A DNA stretch of 63,233 nt, filler included, from Reticulomyxa filosa (Eukaryota > Protista > Foraminifera), in assembly GCA_000512085.1 (NCBI GenBank). It is 18 parts of 18 records of this genome, joined end to end, with 100 filler letters (N's around TTAATTAATTAA, not from the genome) between each part and the next. Parts side by side here need not be neighbours in the genome. Positions count along the whole stretch, not along the records: positions 30,606 to 42,660 come from ASPP01015338.1; positions 42,761 to 44,493 come from ASPP01003595.1; positions 44,594 to 50,790 come from ASPP01006646.1; positions 50,891 to 52,968 come from ASPP01017987.1; 14 more parts are not named here. One strand, written 5' to 3'. Below are positions 39,040 through 52,578 of the stretch, piece after piece. The notes below the pieces were generated by a model that did not search any database, had not been told where the DNA came from, and saw nothing but the letters and a program-made list of their open reading frames with translations. How positions within the stretch are numbered: the stretch's first letter is position 1; every line of letters starts with the position of its first letter. The position numbers and the translations under genes were made by a program.

Positions 39040-40766
39040 TTATTGCAAGTTCCACAAATCAATGTCCCAATAATTATTGAGCACCAAATGAGGCTGACTT
39101 TTCAAAAAGTGGTCCAACCTGGAATTGCATCTCTGAAAAAACAAAAACAAATTGCGATGGAGTGAAGGTGTTATTTTCCCTGCATAATCGCCAGGGTGAG
39201 GTGATCGGCTGGGAATCAACAACATATCTTGTGGTAGCGTGACAAATTCATGTTGACAAGTAGGAAAAGAACGATTGTGCGAAGCATAAATCGGATATTT
39301 TAAAAGTTCATCCCAAATCCAACATTTTAAGTCAAAAACCAAGGCGCTGTAATTGGTATACACTTTTTCCATTTGAAATATTTTCAAAACATTATTGGAC
39401 TCACCGACCAGGCCATATTTTCGCAAATATGAATAAATCATAACAATTTGAGGATAATAACAAGAAGTAAACAAAGAGGCAATGGCCCGTTTATAAGGAA
39501 GACGTGTTGAAGTCTGAAAATGATGCAGATGTTGATTGTTGGTGTTTCCATAAAAATCATTCGTTGCCAAACGCTCTTTGATTGTGTCCATTTCAAATAC
39601 AAAATTGTAATAAGCATTCGTATATAGCTGTATTATGTATGTGACAAAGTTATCATTCCCATCAGTTCCCTCCTCCCCATTGATCATATCAAACAATTGA
39701 TAAAAATCATGACTGTAATGTTTAATTTTGTGATACAATACATTCTCCAATGAAGCAATTACATTTTCTCCAGTGTATTGACAGCGTTGTTGACGATTTT
39801 TACAGGTGAACCACACATGTGACCAAGTGCGTGAAACAGGATTTCTCAAGCAAATGTAAAATTTAATTCGGTGTTGGCTGGCAAAATAACTCAAAAGTTG
39901 CATTCCACTTGGATCACGCATGTAAGTAGGTGTTTTTTCTACCAACACTACATGTTTGTGCTGTTCCCAATTGTAAGCAATAGTCTCCCACAATGACACA
40001 TATTCCTCAAATGTACATTGTTTATAATGGCTACTTCTCGTTCCTAAACCTCTCCAATAACATTCTTTAACATAGCCCAAATCTGCTCTCCATGTGGGTT
40101 GAACAAATTCTATCACAGCACTGTTTTGTCGTGTTATTGCATCATATCTTTCTGCGTTTGTTTTGTTGGTATAACTTTGTATGAAATAACTTTTTGCAAC
40201 AGTTCCAATATGTGCTTTCATTTGTTCCAACACCCATGTTTTGTTTATTTGATTTTTTTGATTTGCATTTTCTCTAACATTTTTTGGATTGCTTGCACTT
40301 AGCAAATCTTGCCAAAATGAACTCCCACATTTCATACACCCCAAGCCAATTAATATCATTGGTTCTTTTTCTCTCTCAGTCTTTATTTCATTTACTTTTT
40401 TTTGTAAATAAACGTCCGCATATTCGCAGTCCGGACAACACAAAGGAAAGAAGTTTTTGACCACAAACTGATACCTTCATTGGCAGTGTGTTCTTGTTGA
40501 AGCCATTTTATGTGGCGTTCTGTCCACAACACTACCAAGTGCGAGGGCCAGTACAGCGGAGACACTAGCACATGAACAATGTGAATGAAAGTAATCAGCA
40601 ATAATGTGTACATAAGTATTTGTTTGCAAAGGTTCCACTTGTTTACACGCTTCATTCCTTTCAAAACGCGATGTATAATGCCATGGAAAGAAATTTGATC
40701 AGCTGAAGGAGGGAAAGGTAAATGTGACACTTGGTTTGGCGTATCCACGAAATTTTTGCGTCTCAT
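39040..40766 (-). CDS. Golgi-type (type II membrane) PAPS-dependent sulfotransferase, 2 exons
   Basis: 5'-PSB-like IGLGCMKCGSS, EKTPTY, 3'-PB-like LRNPVSRTWSH. N-terminal TM helix (ILMYTLLLITFIHIVHVLV) is joined through intron 40395-40474. Confidence 0.8.
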
Positions 40767-40929
40767 TCAAAAAAAATATGCAGAAAAATTCAAAAGGAGA
40801 ACCCAAGGGCCGGCAAAAAAATTGCTTGTTAGTTGTGTGCAAGACTAAATCCAGTTCTTGGAAAAATTGCAATTAAATAGATAAAAAAAAAGAACCAACA
40901 ACAACTCCCAATTTTTAGTTGCCACAAAT

Positions 40930-42612
40930 CGAACATTGTCGTGGGCGACCGGTGCAACGAATGTTAGGGATATCGTGACATTTTTTTACAACTCCATCTG
41001 CAAAATCAATTATTCCATTCCCGTGTTTTCCTTCGATTCCATACTAGAAATACATACAACCAAAAATTTCAAAAAAAAGAAAAAAAAAAAAGGTTTAAAG
41101 TGTGTTGTAAAAATACCATTTGAATATCTCGACAAGTTTGTGTCCATAAATTGGTAATTTGCTCTTTTATCGATTCATTGCTAATTGATTGTTGAAATTT
41201 GTATTCCACCTGTTGAATCTGGATCATTTCGTGGCTCCATTCCGGACAATAGTCAAAAGGTATTACCAAAATGCAGGTTACTTCGACATTCAGCTGCTTG
41301 TCTATCAAAAAAAAAAAAAAAGAATAAGTGGATAATAACAGCAGCAAGTACATATAGTCCGCACACAAGTTTACAAAACTTCCAAAGCGTTCTTTCTCTT
41401 CCGTATTCAACAAAAACTCGACATTGTGTGCAAATTCCAAAGTTAACATCAACGATTCTGAGTTTTTTTCCCAGCAGCAATTGTAAAACTGCTGAAATTG
41501 TTCCAGGTCTTTGGTTCGAACAGGCAAGCAATGCAGCCGATTACTAATTTTGTGGACTAGTTCCGAAGTGTGAATAGGTAACTTGTCTGCCATCAAATCA
41601 TCGTCCTTTCTGTCATGCAACACACGGTCACCATCGTCATCAGCATCGACATCATCGTCTTTTCCTTCGGACTGCGAAAACACCGAGCTCCATCTTTTAT
41701 TTTTTTGTGACACAATAGCACTCGAAATGATATCATCCAATGACAACGTGGTCGCAAAGTCATGGCTATTTTCTTGCGTTTCAACACTGATATTGCGGAT
41801 TTGGTGTGATTTTTTGTCTCTCGTTTCAATGCAAACGTTGTACAGGGTATTTTCACATTGCATCTGTCATTTTTTTGGTATATTTCCGTTTACTTGTTTG
41901 CGGCTTTTCTTTCAATGACAAAGCACATAACTTGTGCAACAAAACCGCGATCATTCAAAGTAATTTCTTTATCGATGTTGCACAGCTTTTGCAATGTCCT
42001 CAAACTCATCTGCGCTCGATCTGTCTCTGCACGATTCCAATGAGATGAATTAACTGGGCCGTTGTTCGCGTCACTTTTCATTCGATCTTTGTTCGCCGAT
42101 GGATTGCCATAGTATGCGTCATGCTTGCCAATCAACTGCAGGTTGTATTCGCACTGTCTTTGAATTGATTGAAGCTTTGCCTGCCATTCGTGTTCCAATT
42201 TATTTGTTTCCATTTGGTTCTGCTTTTTGGTTTCTAACATAAGGTTTATTTCATTCTCGATCTCCTCTTGTCGTTGCAATATCTATTTTCATTTGTTTGT
42301 GCAAACTAAATAAATAAACAAAAACAATATACACATATTTATGTATATAATATTTGTGTGTATATAGTCAGCTATTTTGTTAAACAAAACTTGGGCACAA
42401 ATATCTTCATTGTCCAATTTGACTTCACCAACGTGAGACGGAAAGAGCTGAGAAACTCGTCCAAATCTCTCCACTTGCAAGTCTTCAACATCGATGGCAC
42501 GAGGGAAATAATCTTTCATTGCGTCTTTCATTTCCTCGCTTGATAACTGCAATACCTCAGCTTCTTTCTCCAAGCTCTTATACTCTTCAAACCCACCAAA
42601 ATACAAAAACAT
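40930..42612 (-). CDS. Hypothetical coiled-coil protein, multi-exon
   Basis: Successive same-strand ORFs (107, 129 and 264 aa) separated by short AT-rich intron-like gaps. The 3' end is uncertain. Confidence 0.6.
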
Positions 42613-42801
42613 GGTTCAAAACACTCAAACAGTGAAAGTGAGTGAGGCCCTCTCTCTCTCNNNNNNNNNNNNNNNNNNNNNNNNNNNNNNNNNNNNNNNN
42701 NNNNTTAATTAATTAANNNNNNNNNNNNNNNNNNNNNNNNNNNNNNNNNNNNNNNNNNNNATGATGATGATGATTATAATTATGATAATGGTGACGGCGT
42801 C

Positions 42802-44238
42802 GTGGCTATGCCGGCAAGAACCTCGCGCAACAAAAGCACTGGGACCAATCGCATGCCTTTTGCACAGCATTCGCTTCGACAACACGTTGACGTGCTCGAA
42901 GGGTTGGATTTGTTCGACGAACAAAAGGAAGGGTACGAGATGTCCACCGGGTTGGAACCCCCTTTTTTGACACATCGAAAAGGACAGCAAAGAGAGAAGG
43001 ATAGAGACGGAGACCGAGATAGAGATAGAGACAAAGATAGACATGGACGTGAGCGTGAGCGTGAACGTAAACGTGGAAATAATGGTCGAGGATATGGACA
43101 TGATGGTATCACATATGGCAATGGTAATGGGATAGCAGCAATGATGGAAGCGGAGATGGCGATGCGCAGCAAAAAGGTGGCAGGAACAGTGATCATGTCG
43201 GTGGGGAACAATGATGTGGGTGGGACAAAGTGTGCAGCAGAAATGGATCGTAGTGCATCGGAATATTGGAGCACAATGTTGTCATTTTTATGGATGGAAG
43301 TTGAAAACGAACATAAACATGAGCATGAGCATGAACATGAACATGGACATGAACATGGACATGAGCATGGACATGAGCATGGACATGAGCATGAACATGG
43401 GAATGAAAATGAAGTTCATCATCATAACAATAAACCAATCATTCATTTTATGGACATGTCATGTGTGGGCATTGTGATGGTACCAGAGACGATATCGCCA
43501 ACCATGGCGTGCGAATGGGTCAAAGGTCGACCTTGCAAGATCCCATTGACATTAGAGTTACTTCAAACGGCGTTTGTGAAAGGTGCCGACGTAATAATCC
43601 ACGGCGACGTGCCTTTGCAAAAGCCGCGACTGATGTCATCCGGTCCAAGCTTTCAGTCGCTGCTGGCATCGACGCATCATCACCACCCGCCCAATGAAAC
43701 GATGGACCCCTCTGGCACAAGCAACAGCGAGATTTTGCGAGAGGAGAGCGTGACGACGAGTGGACCTATCATCTCTACCACCACCGGTGTGCTCGAACAG
43801 GAAGAGAAGAAAGAGTCCAACGACGTCATTGTTAATTACGTGATTGTGCAGTCGGGATACGTGTGGGCACAAGGCTTCCATCTCACCACCACGCAAGAAC
43901 AAGATCTAATTCGAAAAGGCTGCTCCGTGCTCGTTCGACATGTCCAAAAGTCGGACGACTCGGAAAATGCTTTAAACCCGGGACACATTATCCATCGCCC
44001 TATTATTCAGTGCTTTGTCAACGGCACTGAAGTGTATTCCAAAGACCAAATGGCGAGACTATTGCGTCTGGGCCGTCTGTCCATCACCAGCACTCCCTCT
44101 TTGCCAACTGAAATCACACAAGACCACTACAAACATTGCATCGCCGATCAGGTCACCGATTATCCCGAGGTCGTGCCACTCTCTCGAATTCGTCCTCTCA
44201 GCTTTTCCAATTCCAGTTTTTTTTTTTTTTTTTTTTAA
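42802..44238 (+). CDS. Hypothetical protein with RD/RE and His-Glu repeat tracts (partial)
   Basis: 478-aa ORF with GC-richer codon-like composition; HEHEHEHGHEHG tract; probably continues into a poly-Q exon at ~44310-44490. Confidence 0.65.
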   Translation: MAMPARTSRNKSTGTNRMPFAQHSLRQHVDVLEGLDLFDEQKEGYEMSTGLEPPFLTHRKGQQREKDRDGDRDRDRDKDRHGRERERERKRGNNGRGYGHDGITYGNGNGIAAMMEAEMAMRSKKVAGTVIMSVGNNDVGGTKCAAEMDRSASEYWSTMLSFLWMEVENEHKHEHEHEHEHGHEHGHEHGHEHGHEHEHGNENEVHHHNNKPIIHFMDMSCVGIVMVPETISPTMACEWVKGRPCKIPLTLELLQTAFVKGADVIIHGDVPLQKPRLMSSGPSFQSLLASTHHHHPPNETMDPSGTSNSEILREESVTTSGPIISTTTGVLEQEEKKESNDVIVNYVIVQSGYVWAQGFHLTTTQEQDLIRKGCSVLVRHVQKSDDSENALNPGHIIHRPIIQCFVNGTEVYSKDQMARLLRLGRLSITSTPSLPTEITQDHYKHCIADQVTDYPEVVPLSRIRPLSFSNSSFFFFFF

Positions 44239-44593
44239 AAAAAAGGGGGGTTTTTAAAGATTAGTTTTAAAAAAAATAATATGTATATGTATACGTATCC
44301 ATATAGCGGAAGACGGAAAGAAATTGCTGCTGCTTCAACAGCAACAACACCAACAACAACAACACCAACAACAACAACAACAACAGCAACAACAATTACC
44401 TCAATTATCATCACAGAGGTTACTACTGCAAGTGCACTCACGTTCACAACTGCTACAACAATCACATCCATCGCAACAACTGCAATTACAATTNNNNNNN
44501 NNNNNNNNNNNNNNNNNNNNNNNNNNNNNNNNNNNNNTTAATTAATTAANNNNNNNNNNNNNNNNNNNNNNNNNNNNNNNNNNNNNNNNNNNN

Positions 44594-45085
44594 ACACACA
44601 CACAAATTTTTGGAAAACTCTTAGCTTTCTTCGTTCAAAACAAGCTGAGGTTTGGACATTGGCTTGATATGAGCTTGCTTGAGTTGTCTTTCCAATTGCT
44701 TGCAATGCTTGTTCAAAGTGGTTATCTCTACAATTGCTTTCTTCAGTATTGATGCTCTCTCTGGGCGATTGTACCGAGGCAATTTCTCCACATGTCATAT
44801 ACAACAACTCAAAATACAAATTTTGATGATTCCTTCGAAATTGCTCTCTTTTGTTTTTCAATCCCTTTTTTTTTAAATATAAAAGAAGATAAAATTTTAC
44901 ATCATTTTCCCCTTTTTTCTCTCCTCTTTTCGGGCTTTGTACTTCTGACGGCATCTTTTTTGTGCAGTTAGAAGGGGATCTGAAAGTGACACAAAAAAAA
45001 AAAGGCAGAGTGTTTACTTTTTGGCTTCTTTTTGTTCTTTCGAAAGACCAATCCCTTTTTTACGCCCCCGCTTGCCCTTGGGCAT
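44594..45085 (-). CDS. 5' part of a hypothetical basic protein
   Basis: MPKGKRGRKKGIGLSKEQK start followed by intron-like tracts; truncated by the contig end. Confidence 0.3.
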
Positions 45086-45883
45086 GCTATTTCCGTTGGC
45101 ATCACAGTTTGGGGCTAGAGATGCTATTTCTTTCGAGAATGCACTCAGAGCAATACGATTGAGAGGCCGGCTAAAAAAAAAAACCGAAGAGGCCACCAAA
45201 AATTTTTGAAGTTGTGAAAACTTTTTAAAACAAATAGTGATTGTTCTGCTATCTCAGTTGCCTTTTTTCCTTCAAATATACATGTGAGAATTTGTCCCCC
45301 ATCCATGTCAAATGTTGCTTACTTTTTTGGAGGAAAATTTAATTTGAAGCGAAAGGCTTGATGAAAACTCGAAATAGAATAAATTGGGTTCGCCAGTACC
45401 GTGTGCCGGCGAATTCATTTTTTTTATTTCATTCCAAACTAAATTTTTAACATTGCCATCTCAATATGTACTTGCAAAGTTTTTGTTTTGATTCCTTGTT
45501 TTATGTCTTTTTAAATTTTAACAGCCAAATAAAAAATATAAATTATTTAAACAACATTTATTCATTTTTTCTTTATCGTTTTTTAACAGTCTTTTGCACT
45601 ATTATGTTCTTGTATAAAATTTAATTAAGACTTAAATGTAATGAAATTGAATTCTAGAGCGGTCCTAATGCAACTTACTCAGCTAACTTTTTTTGAAAGT
45701 TCAGATTTCATATATAAAATATATTGTATAAGTTAACTTTGTCTTCCAGTAAACAACTAAAGCAACACAAACCAATCTATGACCCAACAGATTAAAAACC
45801 GATAATAATAAGTCAGTTGGGACAATTCATTTTTAAAAATGGAACACAAACTCAGAACGATGATAATTGATCTTACAAAATCT

Positions 45884-48800
45884 TCAAACATTTTCTAAAG
45901 CTTTCAAAACAGTTTTGATAATTTTTTTGTCTAGGTTGGGAATGTGAGCTGGCAATTTGCCAGCAAACAAACTCAATTTGGTTTGAAATCTTTGCAAAAT
46001 TTTTTTCAAATCCGATGCTAAAACGTAGCTATATTTTTTTTGACGGACATCCTCATCCAAATAGTCCAACAATTTATTACCACTTAGCAATAAATCCAAG
46101 AGAACTCTCAATTGTTTAAATGTATTATCCAAATCGGTGATACCCGTTTCTCTGCTAAATTCTTCGAATGCTTTCACATCCAAATTCAAGTTATAAACGC
46201 CTACGTAAACACATGCATTCTTTTTTTGCTCAACCCTCTCTAATTTATAAACACATATAATTTTGTAAATGATGATTTATTATTGTGATAATATAATTGA
46301 TTTAGAGAAACTAACCAATAATATTAATTTTTTATTTGCTTCATTGTGCTCTTCACTGATCAGGGTATTGAGCAAGTACTGATTGATTCGAGTGCATATC
46401 AAGAAATAGGCCGATTTTTGAAAGAAATAAGGCAGATAATTAAACTTTGCAAGAATGATGCCCTTTACATAGCCGATTAGTTCATTGACATACGACTGCG
46501 GTTTTTCATTGATGCTTGTGCTGCGCTCAGGATGGTAGGAGAGATGTTTCATATGTTTTTCCAAATACGATTCAATTTCTGAGGTCAGCAACACTAACAG
46601 TGCATGTCCACACGCGGAGGCTACATTAGTGAAACATTGTCTCGCCTCGTGCATTTTCGGAGCAGGTTCGTCATAGGATAAGGGCTTGGACAAATGGGAA
46701 GGGGAGCTGGATGGATCATGTCTGTGGCCTACCCCCCACGGGATTTCTTCATCTGCAATCGCAGCGATCTTCTCTTCCAAACAAGTGCACGCTTTTTCGA
46801 AGTAATACGCATTCACCGCCAATTGTGCCAACTCGCTTATCCCCAACGACACCCCCTCGGTTTGTCTGGGATTTTTTATCACTTTTTTTTTTTGGTTACT
46901 CTTTACTTCGGTCTCTGCTAATTCATTCTCTTCCGTTTTGTTTTGACTTTGTGAATAACGTGCCGCCATTGATTGTATTTCGTCTGCGGCATCTTTCATT
47001 ACCTTTTTTTTTTTTTTAAAAAGGGGACATTAAAATTTCACAAACGCTTGCTTCGCATAACAAACAAAAAGTGCACAATAACAATCTCTCTTCCTTTTTT
47101 TTTTCGTTCAACTCTCTTCACAGCGCTGCGAATGCGTGGCGCCATATCTGTCAAATACTTTGCAAATTGATGATATTGATGAACGAACGCAAGCAGTTCC
47201 GCACACAGTTGTGGCACAGAGCTACTGAACGGAACAGTGACGGGAAATTTGGCTGGCATCTCCACGGCCTGGTCATCAAACGTATGGAAATCTCTCTCTT
47301 TTTCTTCATTCATACGACTCTCGACATTGTCGCTCACATCTTGTTTCAACCGTTCAAATAAACAAACGAAAAATTTTTTTTTTTTTTGAAGAAGAGATAT
47401 TTATTCATTTAGTCAACCAATCAAAAAAAAAGTGATTACCAAGAGACCAGTGATCTTGTTGCAGTTGGAATGAAACGCTGCTTTTTCGTTTTGCGTGTGC
47501 AAAGGTCGGATATGAAATTTGTGTTGATGCGATCGCGTTGTTATTGTTATTGTTATTATCACGGCCGTTGTTATAATGTTCTTGTTGGTGGATTGGACCA
47601 TGTAATTGAAAGTGTAAAACGAAAGCCTCAAAATCTTGAGAGTTTCGAATCAATAATGGCTGCAACGAGTCCGAGCGAAGATTGGAAATGATTTTGTCTC
47701 GACACTTTCGAAGGAGCAACGCCTCGAATTGCACGCGCATTTGCTCGATGCAGCGATCCAACATTATCATTTTGAAATTGTAGCTTTGCAGTGCGTTGCG
47801 TAACGTCACGCACTCATTTTTGGCATGCACTAGCAGTTCGATATGATCCTTTTCGCTTTCCGGGTCGTGTATCACTTCTCTTTGCAATCGTTTCTTTTGC
47901 ATGCATATATATGTTTGTGTCAAGGCAAAGAGAGGAGTCAACAATTAATTATACAAATAAGAGTATATATATATATATATATATTTTTTTTTTTTTGGAA
48001 GGGATAATACCGTCAAACATCTTGCGCCTTCGTCCCACCACAGGCTTAACTCATAAGTTTCCAGCAATTGTGGATACCTTGTAGTGACAGTACTTTCTGT
48101 GACAAAAAATCCGCAAATGTTAGCTACGTCTATTTTCCCACATGCCAACAAGCATATTACAAATCAACAATCCAATGTTTCAATGTTGCTTTGTCGTGCA
48201 TGCAATGCTTTTGAAAGCAATTGCGACAGAAGATTAAAACGAAAGATAGAAAACATGTGGCAAGATGAGATGGTTTATTCAATGACAAATTGGACTTGTT
48301 CAACAATTGATCGCGGAAGCGAACCCGAAGTTCTTTGTACTCTTTCTTCAATTCACCGATTGCGTTCAAAAGCGTATACGCGCGGATACATTCATACACA
48401 GACACGCGATTGGTCTCCTCAATCTTTTGCAGAAGCGACAACGTGGTGACCGGCTCCGATGTGAGCAAAGGAGAACCCGTGACCCCCGTGAGTCCCGTTC
48501 CATTGTTCGCGCGATGGTTGTCCACATTTTGACGTGACGAATTGGTGGGAAGGATCAATGGTGACTGTGCACTTCCGATATCTTCTTCTTCTTCTTTTTT
48601 TTTGGTCTCGACAATTGTCACAGGTTCAATTGCACTTTTGGTTTGTCTCATTAACGGTGAATCGACACGTGAACGCTCATAATTTGTCACACTAATTTCT
48701 GGATACTCCTTTGTACAATATATTTGTGTGTGTGTGTGTGATTGTTGTAATGTACTATTAAGGAACCCACACAACATCTCCTCTTCAAAATAAAAATTAA

Positions 48801-49497
48801 CCATAGGATTGGGTTCAATGGCCATGAAAAAACGTCGACATTGTTGGAGGGCAAAAGTGCCTAACACCACACTTTGATTGTTGGTTTGATAAAGCCAATG
48901 TTTGAAATGTGTCAAGACATTAACTTGGATGAGATTGGTAAGGTGGGGGACAAGAACAGAGGAGATGTCTTGCACGATGGAATAGCGTTGTTGTAAAGGC
49001 AATAAGTAATTCATGGACAATGTTTGTAATGTTTTCAAGGCATTTACGTAGCGATGCTCACGGATGAGACACTGAATCGTTTCAATGTCATAAAATATTT
49101 TCACCAACTTTTCCATCTCTTTGCTTAGCAAAATTATCTTTTGCTGCACTTGTTTCAATTCCACAATTTCTTCCATTTCGCGCCATAATTTCATTCCTTC
49201 GTGTTGTATATTACGATTCAAATAGCTCATTCTCTCTCGTAATGTCCCCATTGTATTCTTCATTCCCACCAATTCATCTATCGCTTCTATAAATTTCTTA
49301 TGATTTTTTTCGCAAATATGTTGAATTTCTTTTGTTTTTTTTTCACTCTCTTCCTCCAACACATTTTCATACGGATTTTGCTTTTTCTCATTTGACTTGC
49401 TTTCTTGCTCTTGCAATACTACTTGGGACAATATTGCATCTTGAAATACAAGATTGATTGCTGACATTATATCATTGGCTTCTGTCAGTCGCAACAT
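45884..49497 (-). CDS. SEC15: Exocyst complex component Sec15 / EXOC6, multi-exon
   Basis: EIQHICEKNHKKFIEAIDEL, ICGFFVTE, FPVTVPFSSSVPQLC, LAQLAVNAYYFEKAC..LE, LDVKAFEEF and FKQLRVLLDLLL motifs occur in Sec15 order. Confidence 0.9.
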
Positions 49498-50890
49498 GTT
49501 CTGTTACATTCAGTATTTGGGGAGTGTTTTGCTAAGCCAAACGAACGAGAAAGAGCAAAGAAAAAAAGATAAACAGTAAAAGATGAAATCCAAGTCAACT
49601 TCAAGACCATCTTCAAGTTCAGAAGAGAACATTTAGTCTGAAATGCACGTAATGATACGTTTACTTCGCTTTCACGTTTTCAAAAGGGGACATCCCACAT
49701 TACGGCAAATTGGTGATATGTTTGGCTCTAAGTGTATTAATAACACTGTTGTACAAATTTGACAGACACTCATACTTAATTTTTAATTCTTGTTTCCTGG
49801 TAGCAATTGATTGTCTTGATGCATTCATTATTTTTGGAAAAACGTTGTCATCTAGTTACTGATCTAAATTTTTTTTCTTTGCTGCAAGAGATCGGCACAG
49901 AATAAGTGCACTAATAAAGATTCACATCTCTAACAAAACAACTGTAGGTTTAAGGATTTTGCTTGTCGAAAGGGAGCAGCTATCATGTTACAAAAAAAAA
50001 TTCGTTGAGATAGCAAAACATCTCTTAGGAGATGTTGCCAGGGTGTCTACAGAGACTAAAAATTCCAATATCAAGACCAACAGTTGGTTACCGAAAGTTT
50101 TCAACTGGAATAATCAGTAAAACTAGTTTGTAAGTTTTTTAGCGGTGACTGTAGTGTTAGTGATATCGTTTTACTGTCAAAGAAACAAGGTCGGTACTTC
50201 AGGACGTTTGGAAATATTGGATCAAAATTACTGTTATTCTACAATTCAATAGTCGTCAATTATTGCATTGACCTACCATGTAGTATAGAGGTTTTATCGA
50301 AGTGGGTAGAAGTTGTATTTGTTTTGTTTCTATTTGTTTTTGATGTATTATTCACAGAGTTTGAGGTTCTATATTATTATGCGCACAAAGCAACATTTTG
50401 GATTTGCGTACTTGCTTTTAAATTGGAGATTAAATCTTTGTTTGAATAATGGACAACCAAAAATGCGGTCATTATGTCGCAGTATTAGTATATGTTTATT
50501 TTTGACTGCCTTTTGTGTTTTGGAGTCAACATTTCTGGATGGATAGTAACAGTGGTGATATTCTCTTTTTATTTGAAAGCTTTGGCGGTGTTTAGGAACA
50601 GCTGCTTAGTGCTTTTCAATATTGTATTTCTTGGTGAAATTGTCAAATCACAACAGTTTGCAGTATATTTAATCAATATAATTACTTTGCTTATTACAAA
50701 TAAATTATATTTTCATTTTTCGACTAGTATGTTCAAGTATCGTTTGTCGATAGTTTTTACTCTTTTTTTCTTATAGACTTTATTACTTGANNNNNNNNNN
50801 NNNNNNNNNNNNNNNNNNNNNNNNNNNNNNNNNNTTAATTAATTAANNNNNNNNNNNNNNNNNNNNNNNNNNNNNNNNNNNNNNNNNNNN

Positions 50891-51152
50891 CAAGAATTAC
50901 AATATGATATAAAAATCACTGAATATATTGTCATTGGGGAAGATTGGAATGCATAATATCGACGATTTAAGTGTATCCTTGATTTCATTGTATCTAATGA
51001 TTGCGCATTATCAATACGTTAGATTGAGATTGAAAAGAAATATTAATAATTGGATGATTCAATTGTTCATGAGACCAAAGTTCTTTGCAAATGTGTTGAG
51101 GCTGGAGAAGCGACAATTGGTATCAATTTGGAAAGTCAACAAGCCATGGTGG
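50891..51152 (+). repeat. Left arm of a 262-bp inverted repeat
   Basis: Reverse complement of 52317-52578; both arms give the same ORF text up to KPWW. Confidence 0.95.
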
Positions 51153-51384
51153 CTGGCCCCTAAAATATGAACTTTTTGTGTTTCTAGCAAATTGTGATTA
51201 TTTTTTCTGGTTTACTGGATATACGTTTACACTTTTATAAGTTATTGGAAAAAAAAATTTTCAAAAATGATTTGAATTGAGGCACCATCTCTATATCACC
51301 TTAAGCTAGGTAGCAGAATGTATTTGCTTTTTACAATATTATTTACAAGAAGAGTTTTCCACAGTAGATATATAATAACTACCG

Positions 51385-52140
51385 TTACAAACAAAAAATG
51401 CCAACAAAAATTCTTAATATTTCGTATGCCACTAACGCTATACAAATATCTTTGTCAATCTCTTCACATTCTTTCTCAAAACTCCCAAAGCTGCTCCAAA
51501 GATTTTTATGGATCTTCATCTTTATAATCGCCACAGATTCTCGATTGGATTGAGGTCTGGGCTCTGCGGATGATGTTCTAAGAGCGCTATTCAAAAATTC
51601 CATAGTTGAATTTAACTTGTGACAAGACGCATTGTCTTGCTGAAAGATAAAGTCCTCATGATGCCTTTCTTCTAGATAAACCCTGTGATTTTAAAATGTT
51701 CTTCACAGTGCTAACGGAGAACGCTCTTTTATGTGTTCGTGCGAGTAGTCGCTGCAAATCTGCTGTTTGTGCATCTCCAGAGTAAATTAAGCGAATCTCT
51801 GCTTGTGTTTGATACAATAATTGTTTGTCAACCACCACATTAATCTCTTTGTGATGATTCTTTCCATCAATTTACCAACACTTGATAATTGCATTGACTG
51901 TAATCTCTATCAAGCTTAGGAATATGCACAATATTTGCCTTTTTCCCATTCGAAAACTCCATCCAAATAGGCTCTTTAACATTTAATTGTGGATCTTGAG
52001 GTTTGTACGGCGGCAAATGTCTCAATAACTTCTTTTTTTGTAATATCGCTTGATGGATATTCTAATGATTTAGATATCGCCACTTTAAATCTAATGTTAT
52101 CTTTACCATTTCGTAGTGTTTCTCAGCCACATCTGAGGAG
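51385..52140 (-). mobile_element. Decayed, internally deleted Tc1/mariner (IS630-like) transposase remnant
   Basis: DLQRLLARTHKRAFSVSTVKNILKSQGLSRRKA (second HTH-like) and IHKNLWSSF...CEEIDKDICIALV (like the C-terminal IENLW...I....c..Lv); stops present and no intact DDE region. Confidence 0.55.
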
Positions 52141-52316
52141 GCTCTGCGAATGTCTTTGTCAATAGGTATATTTTATCGGCATCTGATCTCGCCGCTGAAT
52201 TTGTCTCTTTGTTCACCAATGCTATCTTGTACAGCATCAAATTCCTTGGTGTTCTTTGTTTACAAAATTTCCTTTAATTTTTGAACTCTCTATCGTAATC
52301 GACATAAACTATCACT

Positions 52317-52578
52317 CCACCATGGCTTGTTGACTTTCCAAATTGATACCAATTGTCGCTTCTCCAGCCTCAACACATTTGCAAAGAACTTTGGTCTCAT
52401 GAACAATTGAATCATCCAATTATTAATATTTCTTTTCAATCTCAATCTAACGTATTGATAATGCGCAATCATTAGATACAATGAAATCAAGGATACACTT
52501 AAATCGTCGATATTATGCATTCCAATCTTCCCCAATGACAATATATTCAGTGATTTTTATATCATATTGTAATTCTTG
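52317..52578 (-). repeat. Right arm of a 262-bp inverted repeat
   Basis: Reverse complement of 50891-51152. Confidence 0.95.
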
